DNA of 38,170 nt from a virus (taxonomy: Duplodnaviria; Caudoviricetes): positions 1-38,170 of the IMG/VR virus record IMGVR_UViG_3300030392_000880; one strand, given 5' to 3'. Each line of letters starts with the position of its first letter. The first letter of the stretch is position 1. This document shows positions 17,293-25,284 of this stretch, in pieces. The notes under the pieces were generated by a model, which was not told the origin of the DNA, made no database searches, and was given only the letters and a program-made list of their open reading frames with translations. The translations under genes and the position numbers were made by a program.

Positions 17293-17469
17293 TTACAAAT
17301 AACCGACAAAGTATCCATCTTCATCAGTTATAGAAATTCTTGCTTTGTTTGGGTTCTTGTCAATCTTTACAACTTTGTAAATCCAATCATCATCATTGTT
17401 TAATTTTGATGTAAGCTCAATTGCTTTGGATATTGAAAAGATTGTTTCTATATGTTTTATAATTTGCAT
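17293..17469 (-). CDS. Hypothetical 58-aa protein MQIIKHIETIFSISKAIEL...DEDGYFVGYL (not in ORF track)
   Basis: TAAGGA Shine-Dalgarno; open frame fills the gap. Confidence 0.75.
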   Translation of the reverse strand: MQIIKHIETIFSISKAIELTSKLNNDDDWIYKVVKIDKNPNKARISITDEDGYFVGYL

Positions 17470-17470
17470 T

Positions 17471-17653
17471 TTATTTTTTCCTTATTATATGGTCATGTAA
17501 CTCCAGGTATTCTTTCATACCTTCAATTGCATCTAATCTATCAGTTAGGCAGGGAACACCAGAATCATTGATGTTACATTCAAGTCCTAGCTTAATTCCT
17601 TTCCCTAATTCAGCTAATCTTTTTAAGTCATTATCTGTTAGAGTATTACTCAT
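17471..17653 (-). CDS. Hypothetical protein (MSNTLTDNDL...)
   Basis: GGAG Shine-Dalgarno before ATG 17653. Confidence 0.7.
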   Translation of the reverse strand: MSNTLTDNDLKRLAELGKGIKLGLECNINDSGVPCLTDRLDAIEGMKEYLELHDHIIRKK

Positions 17654-17864
17654 CGTTATTCTCCAATTCATTTATCCATGTTTTCCATATTTCTTCTTCC
17701 GTTACCGTTCTTCCCAGTTGTTTTTCTACCAATCTCCATTGCTTTAGTAACTTCTTTTCTTTCTGGTATGCTTGACGATTTGAAATTTCCCCATCTTCAT
17801 GTAAATTTTCGGGGGATAATTCTCCGACAAGGAACTCAAACTTCTGTCGTTGTTCTTTGTTCAT
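17646..17864 (-). CDS. Hypothetical phage protein (LSPENLHEDGE motif)
   Basis: 72 aa, TAAGGA Shine-Dalgarno; its RBS is complementary to the mini-tmRNA loop. Confidence 0.75.
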   Translation of the reverse strand: MNKEQRQKFEFLVGELSPENLHEDGEISNRQAYQKEKKLLKQWRLVEKQLGRTVTEEEIWKTWINELENNDE

Positions 17865-17884
17865 AATTATTTTCCTTATTTTTG

Positions 17885-18002
17885 TTAGTTACTATATCGT
17901 GATAGTGATTTTGCACCATCACTAGGTTTTATATTTATTGCAATGTGTACAATGTTCACCTATATCAATATTTAAATTATTTATTTTTATTTCAGTCATC
18001 AT
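17885..18002 (-). pseudogene. Truncated/frameshifted paralog of the 15380-15625 zinc protein, or a 26-aa peptide
   Basis: MMTEIKINNLNIDIGEHCTHCNKYKT-stop versus IDLGNRCTSCGK; shifted frame continues PSDGA versus PSDAD; strong AAGGAAGG Shine-Dalgarno. Confidence 0.45.
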
Positions 18003-18183
18003 AATTTCCTTCCTTATCCATTTGGATATTCATAGAAATAATTTTTATTGGATTACATTGATTCGTTAATTGGTGTACTCCATCTATACCAATTTCGTCT
18101 CGATATTCGGAACATTGAACATAAATCACTATACCGAATTTATTTAAGAATTTTGTTAAATCTTTATTCAAATAATTTTGCAT
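17992..18183 (-). CDS. Hypothetical early protein
   Basis: AGGAAGGT Shine-Dalgarno. Confidence 0.65.
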   Translation of the reverse strand: MQNYLNKDLTKFLNKFGIVIYVQCSEYRDEIGIDGVHQLTNQCNPIKIISMNIQMDKEGNYDD

Positions 18184-18200
18184 TTTAACCTTCCTTTATT

Positions 18201-18449
18201 TTAGTTTGATGTTACTTTTATATATTGTCTGTGGTTTATACATTTGAAATAATCATAATCAGAATCTGAATACACATACATATAATTATTTCTTATATCT
18301 GTACATTCTTCTAGATGTTCATCATTTACACTTTGATTGTATATTTCCAATGTATTAACTTTTAAATGTTCTTTGAAATGCTTGTTGGCATCTGTAAAAA
18401 CCTTTTCAACGTTATCTTTTATAAAATAATTTGTACTTTTTACTGTCAT
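18201..18449 (-). CDS. Hypothetical early protein
   Basis: GAGGA Shine-Dalgarno; YMYVYSDSDYDYFK. Confidence 0.7.
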   Translation of the reverse strand: MTVKSTNYFIKDNVEKVFTDANKHFKEHLKVNTLEIYNQSVNDEHLEECTDIRNNYMYVYSDSDYDYFKCINHRQYIKVTSN

Positions 18450-18452
18450 AAT

Positions 18453-18668
18453 TTATTCCTCATTATTAACTTTATTTTTCCAATTTTTTAACTGTTCTTT
18501 TTGATTTTCTAATTCTTTACAATATTCATTAACATTGAATGAACGTTTTCCAGTGAAAAAATCAATATGATATCTACCATCAGAAATATTTTTAATCAGC
18601 ATCTTTACGTATTCTATTTCTTTATCAATTGCTTGATTAAAATGTTTATGTTTATCTGAAATTTGCAT
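18453..18668 (-). CDS. Hypothetical early protein
   Basis: TAAGGA Shine-Dalgarno. Confidence 0.7.
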   Translation of the reverse strand: MQISDKHKHFNQAIDKEIEYVKMLIKNISDGRYHIDFFTGKRSFNVNEYCKELENQKEQLKNWKNKVNNEE

Positions 18669-18679
18669 TTTTTTATTCC

Positions 18680-19057
18680 TTATTTCACTAATTCTTCATA
18701 CTTTAATTTTTCAAATTCTTTTATATCTTCTTTACTGATAGATTTTTTCAAGAATTTTTTATGTTTTATTCCTAATGCTTTCCCTTTTAAGTTTGTAATT
18801 TTTCCATACAAAACATCGTCATAATCTATTTTTCTTTTATTCGATTGACTTCCTTCTATCATGTTTTGAATTAAAAATAGTTTAGATGCTATTGGAACAC
18901 TTGCGTTATATTTTCGATTCCATGAATAATTCCATGTATCCCTATATAACTTTTCTTCTTTTTGTATATCCCTATACAATGAACGTATTAAGTCATCGCT
19001 ATCAGGTAATTTACCAAATAACTTATTTATTAATTTTTCCTGTTCAGATGTAATCAT
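18680..19057 (-). CDS. Hypothetical early protein
   Basis: 125 aa, AAGGGAG Shine-Dalgarno. Confidence 0.75.
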   Translation of the reverse strand: MITSEQEKLINKLFGKLPDSDDLIRSLYRDIQKEEKLYRDTWNYSWNRKYNASVPIASKLFLIQNMIEGSQSNKRKIDYDDVLYGKITNLKGKALGIKHKKFLKKSISKEDIKEFEKLKYEELVK

Positions 19058-19084
19058 CTTTTAATTTCTCCCTTATTTTTTTTT

Positions 19085-19143
19085 ATAAAATTAGTAGTTT
19101 TATTTTCATTTTGGTTAAAACTACCAAAAACCTCAAATTTTAT
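19085..19143 (-). ncRNA. H-type pseudoknot enclosed by an 8-bp stem in the leader of 18680-19057
   Basis: GGUU/AACC and GGUAGUUUU/AAAACUACU with UUU loop 1 and A-rich loop 3; closing AUAAAAUU/AAUUUUAU. Confidence 0.5.
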
Positions 19144-19245
19144 TTCAATTAATTTTTCTCCTGTATTTGAATTGTTTACATACATAAATAAAGTTATGCA
19201 TCAAATTTATTAACTCCCTTCTTTTTTTATTTATAATTAATAAAA

Positions 19246-19521
19246 CTATTTTTTAGTTATCGAAATAATTTTCCAACTTTTTTTATCCAGTTCAATAGCA
19301 CGTTTTATTAAACCTATATGTTGTCGTGTTGTTACACTTCTAAAACCTGTACATTCTTCTATTTTATCTATGGAATAATCCCAAATATACTTATCGTAAA
19401 TATTGGCAATTTTTAATCCATAACTAAAAAGACTTCCATCTCTAACAGTTAAGTTTTGACTGTTCATAGATATTCCCCAATCATTTTTGAGAAATTTTTG
19501 TATGACTTCTTGATTTGTCAT
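19246..19521 (-). CDS. Hypothetical early phage protein
   Basis: MTNQEVIQKFL...LFSYGLKIA...SVTTRQH pattern recurring in phage early genes; TAAGGA Shine-Dalgarno. Confidence 0.75.
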   Translation of the reverse strand: MTNQEVIQKFLKNDWGISMNSQNLTVRDGSLFSYGLKIANIYDKYIWDYSIDKIEECTGFRSVTTRQHIGLIKRAIELDKKSWKIISITKK

Positions 19522-19549
19522 TTTATTTAATCCTTATTTTTTTATTTAT

Positions 19550-19707
19550 AAACCTGGATTCGATTCGGTGATAGTGAAAACTAAATAACTTTTATATTGT
19601 CAGTTAATAAGTAAAGTATTGTAGAAACAATAATTATAATCTTCTAGTTACTAACCGAATCAATTGATTATTTAGTTTTCATTTATCACATTTTTGAATC
19701 TTGGTTT
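19550..19707 (-). ncRNA. Large structured 5' leader or ncRNA
   Basis: Nested helices AAACC/GGUUU, GAUUC/GAAUC, GUGAUA/UAUCAC, UGAAAACUAAAUAA/UUAUUUAGUUUUCA, UCGGUUAGUAA/UUAUUAACUGA; G-U pairs favour the - strand. Confidence 0.65.
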
Positions 19708-19745
19708 GATTTTTTTTATTAAGTTTTATTTTTTTGTATACTACT

Positions 19746-19774
19746 ATTATAACATATATTATTGTTGTTGTCAA
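19746..19774 (-). promoter_or_regulatory. Consensus sigma70 promoter TTGACA-17-TATAAT with TG extension
   Basis: TTGACAacaacaataatatatgtTATAAT. Confidence 0.9.
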
Positions 19775-19778
19775 GTGT

Positions 19779-20003
19779 TTATACTTTTATTTTATAAGTT
19801 TTAGTTATTCCTATAACTCTAGTATTAACGCTCTTCTCTTTGTATGGGTTTATAGTAAAGCCATCAGTACTGTTTAAAAAGTGCATGTGTATTTTTGATT
19901 TATGACTATTCGCGAATGAAGTATTTATCATTCTTGAATTTCCGACAAACCGTCTTACCCTTTTACCCTTCACTTCTATATTCATAAAGTTTGATTGTCT
20001 CAT
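19779..20003 (-). CDS. Hypothetical basic early protein
   Basis: AGGAG Shine-Dalgarno; lies directly downstream of the hammerhead. Confidence 0.65.
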   Translation of the reverse strand: MRQSNFMNIEVKGKRVRRFVGNSRMINTSFANSHKSKIHMHFLNSTDGFTINPYKEKSVNTRVIGITKTYKIKV

Positions 20004-20026
20004 CTTTTTAACTCCTGGTTATAATT

Positions 20027-20080
20027 CCTGTTTCGACCTTGTTTTTGGTCCTCATCAGTAACGTTCTTACGCTAGACAGG
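20027..20080 (-). ncRNA. Type III hammerhead ribozyme
   Basis: CCUGUC|UAGCGU-AAGA-ACGUUA-CUGAUGA-G-GACC-AAAAACAA-GGUC-GAAA-CAGG: full core, three stems, GUC cleavage triplet. Confidence 0.93.
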
Positions 20081-20082
20081 TT

Positions 20083-20113
20083 AGGGTTTTTGAATAGATA
20101 CCCTCAAACTATT
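20083..20113. other. Compact H-type pseudoknot adjacent to the hammerhead
   Basis: - strand AAUAG-UUUG-AGGGU-AU-CUAUU-CAAAA-ACCCU; strand not resolvable from pairing alone. Confidence 0.45.
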
Positions 20114-20116
20114 TAT

Positions 20117-20365
20117 TTATTCACTTCTAAAATATCTATCAGGAAAACATTCAATTTCTGGAGCTATTTTCATAAAACTTAATAACTCTTTTATTCTTTT
20201 TTCATAATATAGACTGAAGCCGTTATCGTATTTATCTAGATTTTTTTTGTTTTCATTTTCCATCAATCTTTCGTATTTATCCCGGAGGTTTTGATTGAGA
20301 AAAAATTCTCTTGTTATTTGACCCTCAATTACTTTAGTTAAATTTAATTTATTTAAATCTGACAT
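20117..20365 (-). CDS. Hypothetical first early gene
   Basis: 82 aa, TAAGGA Shine-Dalgarno. Confidence 0.7.
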   Translation of the reverse strand: MSDLNKLNLTKVIEGQITREFFLNQNLRDKYERLMENENKKNLDKYDNGFSLYYEKRIKELLSFMKIAPEIECFPDRYFRSE

Positions 20366-21032
20366 AATATTTATAATCCTTATTTATTTATTAGTTAATA
20401 ATTTATATTAATAATAGTACGTGTTATTGTTGCTATTGTATATAGTTGTCAAGTCTTTTTTAAACTATTTTTAAAATGGGTAAGTATTCCTTAAATGATT
20501 AATTGATGAGTTAAGCAGTAGTGCACCACATAAGGAAATCATAAGACAATGAATAAGCCCATCCAATTGTTAAGCAGTATGTAACCACCATTTTATTTAA
20601 TGGGTGTCTTATTTAATAATCCTCCCGCGTGAGTAAAAAAAATAATTAATTAGCTCATAGTTAAATGATGCGATTTTTTAGGGATTATATATTTAATGTT
20701 CATCGTCAATCATTCCCAGATATTTTAGCTCATATGTTCTATTTTTAAGGGTATAATCACCAGTAACGCCGATACACGAAGGGAGGTATATATATATAGG
20801 GGTACACCCTTCTTGCGCTGAGTATGATATATTAGTTTAGGTGTTTCAGTAGCGTTTCTTAAGTGTGACAAGTGTTTCACTGAGTATAGAATCTACCGTT
20901 TCACCTATTACCCCCCCCTTTTAAGGGGGGAATATGAAACGAAACATTAACTAAGTTAATTAGGTTAATATTAAGTTAATTAAGTTAAGTTAAAAAAAGA
21001 AAATAGATAAAGAAAAAAGGATATGTTGATAT
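20366..21032. promoter_or_regulatory. Divergent non-coding control region (early/late promoters, probable packaging and origin signals)
   Basis: No ORFs; strand switch point; TTAAGCAGTA direct repeat (20511, 20570), TA run, CCCCCCTT-TT-AAGGGGGG palindrome, GTTTCA repeats, TAAGTTAAT repeats. Confidence 0.7.
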
Positions 21033-21275
21033 ATGGCTTCAAAGAGTGCTGAGTATTACAGGAGTCATCCTGAGGCTAGGGAGAGGAAGATGTTGTATGA
21101 TAGGAAGTACCATAGTACTCCTGCGAGGAAGGCTTACAGGAGAAAATTGGCCAGGGTGAGACGTGCTAAAGGTGTTATGGGTAAAGGTGGTAAGGATGTA
21201 TCTCATACAAAGTCTGGTGGTTTTCGTATGGAGTCGGTGAGTAAGAATCGAGCAAGGAATAGGGGGAAATCATAA
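21033..21275 (+). CDS. Small basic HNH-like protein
   Basis: GKDVSH..GG..ESVSKNRARN resembles minimal HNH motifs found next to terminases. Confidence 0.55.
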   Translation: MASKSAEYYRSHPEARERKMLYDRKYHSTPARKAYRRKLARVRRAKGVMGKGGKDVSHTKSGGFRMESVSKNRARNRGKS

Positions 21276-21850
21276 TGGCTGGTAGGGCAAGGAACTATTC
21301 TGCTAGGACAGCAGGAGAAGTATTGAGAGACAAGGTTCTTTACTTGTATCCTGAGTGGAGAAGTTGGAATAAGTTGTTGAGGAGGATATTTATATTGCTT
21401 CCTAGTTATGGAGCTGGTGAAGATGCCATAGAAAATATCTGTGACGATTTTGAATTGAAAATTGATAAGACGATGGATGCCGTAAATAAATCAGCTAGTT
21501 TTCAAAAGGCCATGCAGGAATATGTCGATAACAATTATGAATACCGAACCGGTAAAGTTGCTGTTGGATGGCTAAAGTCAAAACCAAGATTCATAACTTT
21601 TGCAGTAAAATGGTCACATCTTCAACACGTATATATGATGGAATCCGCAATGCCAGCGTTCATAAAGGCAGAAACCGGAAAGGTATCTGCTCCTGAAACA
21701 AAACTTATAGAAAAAGCAGGACTTCTTGGTATAGAATCCATAGTACATCAGCAAAAAGAACCCAAAACTGAAGAAAATGGTGCTATTACATATAGCGACA
21801 GCGAAGAATCGTTATACGAACTAGATAAAACATTCTCCAAGGAGGAGTAA
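21275..21850 (+). CDS. Hypothetical protein, positional candidate for terminase small subunit
   Basis: 191 aa immediately upstream of and coupled to terL; no motif recognised. Confidence 0.4.
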   Translation: MAGRARNYSARTAGEVLRDKVLYLYPEWRSWNKLLRRIFILLPSYGAGEDAIENICDDFELKIDKTMDAVNKSASFQKAMQEYVDNNYEYRTGKVAVGWLKSKPRFITFAVKWSHLQHVYMMESAMPAFIKAETGKVSAPETKLIEKAGLLGIESIVHQQKEPKTEENGAITYSDSEESLYELDKTFSKEE

Positions 21851-23368
21851 ATGGCTTTTCAATATACTGCAAGTCCATGGCAGAAAAAACTCCATGAATC
21901 TGATGCACGTATAAAAGTCATATGGGCTGGTCGTAGAGCAGGTAAAGGTAGAGCAGTTTTAACGGAACTGATGAGAGCCATTACCCAAGCATCAAATTCT
22001 CCGTTCTTAGCATCAAAAGAAGTTGCCGAAGCTACCGGTGTAAGAATCGGACATAACTTAACCCCTACCCTTGAGCCTCAAATTCATATATGGATAGTCG
22101 CTCCTTCATACGCTCAATCAAGACAGGCATGGAACGAACTAAAACAATTCATGCCGAGTAACCTTGTCGTAAGACGAAAACCCGGACAAGGTGGTGGTAG
22201 AGGTTCTGGATGGAACGAAGATGAAAAAACCGTATGGCTCAATTTACAAAAACCTAACCTGGCCAGACGAGAAGTGTATCTGGAGATAAAATCCGCTGAC
22301 GACCCAGAATCCTTACAGACAGCAGGTCCTGATTTTATATGGATTACTGAGTCTCAAGATATAAAAGAAGCCGCATGGAATAAGTTACGACCAATGCTGA
22401 ACTCAGCAGGTAGACTAGGAAAAGCCTGTGTCGAAGGTATACCACCTTTCTCCAGGTCACACTGGTTTGCAAGATTATATAGATACGCTTCAGAAAATCC
22501 TACATCCGAATATCAAGGTTTCCACGCAACAAGTTTTGAAAATGTATTTCTGACAACCAGACAGAAAAAATCTATTGATGAAGAAAAAAATACCATGCCA
22601 GACCAAGTATGGGAACGTATGTACCTGGCAAAACAACCAGACGGTGGGTCAGGATTCTTCCGTGGCACTAAAATTGACGAAGCATCTATCGGAAAAGAAA
22701 CCTGGAGTCCAGAAAAAAATAGAAGATACGTAGCCGGATTGGACTTGGGTAAAAGCCAAGACTATACAGTATTTATCGTAAAAGATTCACGAACAAGAGA
22801 AAGTGTTTATTCTTTGGAAATGTCCGGTACGGATTGGGTAAATCAAATAGAAAGTATAGCAGCAGAGATTGACAGATGGGGAGTTGATGATGTACGAATA
22901 GATAGTACAGGGCTTGGAGATGTGGTCTTTGACCATCTAATGTCAGCAGGGTTACCTGTGACACCTTTCAAGTTCAGTATGCAAAGTAAATATCAGTTAT
23001 TTCAGAATTATTACATTGCTTTAGAGAACGGAGATGTCTCCTTCCCAAGTGAATGGATAACACTGAAAAAACAATTAGAAGATATATCTATCCGCCCTAC
23101 GGGCAACGGTGGTTATACATTTTATACAGAATCACAGCAACATGATGACTGGGTAGATTCGGAACTCTTAGCCTTAATGGCTTGTGACCCTCCCGGCTCA
23201 GAAAGCGGTGATTATGGATTTGGCAGACCAATAAAAGGCATGACACCGATAAGACCGACACCAGTAAAAAGACCATCGAACTTTATTCAAAAGGTTCGAG
23301 AACGAAAACGCAAGAAATTTTTAGACAACCTTCCTGATGAAGTCAGAGAAGAAATTCTTACAGGATAA
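21851..23368 (+). CDS. terL: Terminase large subunit
   Basis: WQ Q-motif, GRRAGK P-loop, WIVAPSYAQS, KSADDPESL, YVAGLDLGKSQDYT, IDSTGLGD, HDDWVDS nuclease motifs. Confidence 0.95.
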   Translation: MAFQYTASPWQKKLHESDARIKVIWAGRRAGKGRAVLTELMRAITQASNSPFLASKEVAEATGVRIGHNLTPTLEPQIHIWIVAPSYAQSRQAWNELKQFMPSNLVVRRKPGQGGGRGSGWNEDEKTVWLNLQKPNLARREVYLEIKSADDPESLQTAGPDFIWITESQDIKEAAWNKLRPMLNSAGRLGKACVEGIPPFSRSHWFARLYRYASENPTSEYQGFHATSFENVFLTTRQKKSIDEEKNTMPDQVWERMYLAKQPDGGSGFFRGTKIDEASIGKETWSPEKNRRYVAGLDLGKSQDYTVFIVKDSRTRESVYSLEMSGTDWVNQIESIAAEIDRWGVDDVRIDSTGLGDVVFDHLMSAGLPVTPFKFSMQSKYQLFQNYYIALENGDVSFPSEWITLKKQLEDISIRPTGNGGYTFYTESQQHDDWVDSELLALMACDPPGSESGDYGFGRPIKGMTPIRPTPVKRPSNFIQKVRERKRKKFLDNLPDEVREEILTG

Positions 23369-23373
23369 ATTTA

Positions 23374-25284
23374 ATGGTTACAATACAAGGAAATCCTAAC
23401 GTAATAGACGAAGCAATAAATTTAGAATCTTCTAATCCTATTGACGAACCCGAAATGTCTATGCAATGGGTACGAGAGATGAAGGAAAAAGGAGGACATG
23501 AATTTAGAGCCTTTAGGAATCAATGTGAAAATGCCGATGAATTTTTCCTAAATAATTTTGAATTCTCCGCACCAGATGGTGGTACTATGATACGTCTAGG
23601 TACAGCTCAATCGGTGATAAATACCCTTGTATCACACGTAAAACCCCAATTTCTGGATATATCAGTACCACCTCCTGGACCAAGAGGTCAAGCAAGAGCA
23701 GAAATGATGGAAAAGTTTCTAACAGGCGCACATCATATGATAGAACAAAAAAGCCCTGTTCATAGAGAACTGACAAAACACGCAGGACTATACGGAATCG
23801 CATGGGAAAAAGTAGAGTTTATCGCTAATGAATGGTCAGACTTCCCTGAAGTTCCACCAGAAGATGGAGGAACTGAATATAGAGAACTCGTAAAAGAAGC
23901 ATTAGAAAAAAGGTCAGTATCATGGCCGATAAAAACAGTTGCGGTAAATCCACAAAGTCTTATATGGGATACAAATAATGGAACTGCTCCTAGATGGGTG
24001 ATAAGTGAATCCGAAGTAGACGCTCAATGGGTACAGGCACATTTTCCAGAGTGGAATAATCACAAACGAGGTTATGTACAATTCTGTGAAATTTGGACTC
24101 AAACTCAGGTAGCATATATGGCTGACGATAAATGGTGCATGATGCCAAGAAAACATGGATATAAAAGATTGCCATGGGTTATGTATTGGCCGATGATGGG
24201 TTTACAAACAACCGAACTTGCACCAGATGATTTGTATAAGGGAATACTAAATGGTTCGTTTGATATGTTGAAAGCACAAAGCCAGTTAGCATCTCATTAT
24301 ATTGATATCGTAGCAAAATCTGCATGGCCTACCCTAGAATTTACAGGTCCAATCGGAATAACCGAAGAGGTTCAATCAAGATGGGATGATACACCAGGTG
24401 CTAAAAATATAAAACCACCCCAAGTCAACGTCAATGTTTCTGAAACACCAAGACCACCGAGTGAAATTGGTGTAGCTAAAGAATTTTTAGATGAAGCAAT
24501 AGAAGCCAATACAGTACCGGCAGTTGCGAGAGGACAAAGACCAAGTGGAGCAGCATCAGGATATCATACTGCTGTACTCGCAGGAATTGCGTCACTGAAC
24601 TTCGGTGCAGTAAAAGAAGCTATGGAACGAGGATTGCAGGATAAAGGTGAAGTTATATTACAAATAGTAGAAAATGTTATACAAGACAGAGTAACTGTAT
24701 TTGGAAAAACCGAAGCAGGTACATTAGATGCAACAATTAAACCATCTGATATAAACGGACATTATGTAAATATTGTTAGAATTAATTCAGTCTCTCCAGA
24801 AGAACAAGAACGTAGGTTGAATCTCTGGTCGAACCTTTGGAGAGCAGGATATGTCGACTTGGATACCGCACTTAGAAAAGGTGGAGTCGCAAACCCGTTG
24901 GAAGTAAGAGCAAAAATATTGGAAGAACAATTTTTGACATCACCAGAAATACAACAACAGTTGCAATTAGCAGCAGCACAACGTATTCCTACAATACAAA
25001 ATCTATTACAAGCAGCAGGTGGTACATCTGATGCAGAAATAGAACAAACTGCTCAAAATATTCTAAATACACAGGGAGCGCAACAATTACCGAATCCCGG
25101 AAATTTCTCTAGTGTAAATCAACCACCAAGAACTAACGAAGCGGCAAGAGTTGCTCCAACAACAAGACCGGTAATGCCGGGTTCTATTCAGGAGATGAAT
25201 CAAACAGGTGCTGCAATAGCTGGACCTCGAACAGGAAATGTACGAGTACCAGCAGCAGATATTTCTCCAGGAGCAAGAGGATAA
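23374..25284 (+). CDS. Portal protein
   Basis: 636 aa after terL; LYGIAWEKV, KHGYKRLPWV, VARGQRPSGAASG patterns of podovirus-type portals; low-complexity C-tail. Confidence 0.85.
   Translation: MVTIQGNPNVIDEAINLESSNPIDEPEMSMQWVREMKEKGGHEFRAFRNQCENADEFFLNNFEFSAPDGGTMIRLGTAQSVINTLVSHVKPQFLDISVPPPGPRGQARAEMMEKFLTGAHHMIEQKSPVHRELTKHAGLYGIAWEKVEFIANEWSDFPEVPPEDGGTEYRELVKEALEKRSVSWPIKTVAVNPQSLIWDTNNGTAPRWVISESEVDAQWVQAHFPEWNNHKRGYVQFCEIWTQTQVAYMADDKWCMMPRKHGYKRLPWVMYWPMMGLQTTELAPDDLYKGILNGSFDMLKAQSQLASHYIDIVAKSAWPTLEFTGPIGITEEVQSRWDDTPGAKNIKPPQVNVNVSETPRPPSEIGVAKEFLDEAIEANTVPAVARGQRPSGAASGYHTAVLAGIASLNFGAVKEAMERGLQDKGEVILQIVENVIQDRVTVFGKTEAGTLDATIKPSDINGHYVNIVRINSVSPEEQERRLNLWSNLWRAGYVDLDTALRKGGVANPLEVRAKILEEQFLTSPEIQQQLQLAAAQRIPTIQNLLQAAGGTSDAEIEQTAQNILNTQGAQQLPNPGNFSSVNQPPRTNEAARVAPTTRPVMPGSIQEMNQTGAAIAGPRTGNVRVPAADISPGARG

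Noticed and set aside
19146-19205. 18-19 aa ORF (MHNFIYVCKQFKYRRKIN) after AAGGGAG, overlapping a bulged hairpin
   Set aside because: Too short and AT-rich to choose between peptide, RNA structure and chance
20420-20452. Third consensus promoter at TTGACA 20447-20452
   Set aside because: No good -10 at 16-18 bp spacing; an early promoter is likely nearby but its exact position is not supported
20615-20690. Possible structured RNA (ATAATCC/GGATTAT closing stem)
   Set aside because: Helices are short and interrupted in AT-rich sequence
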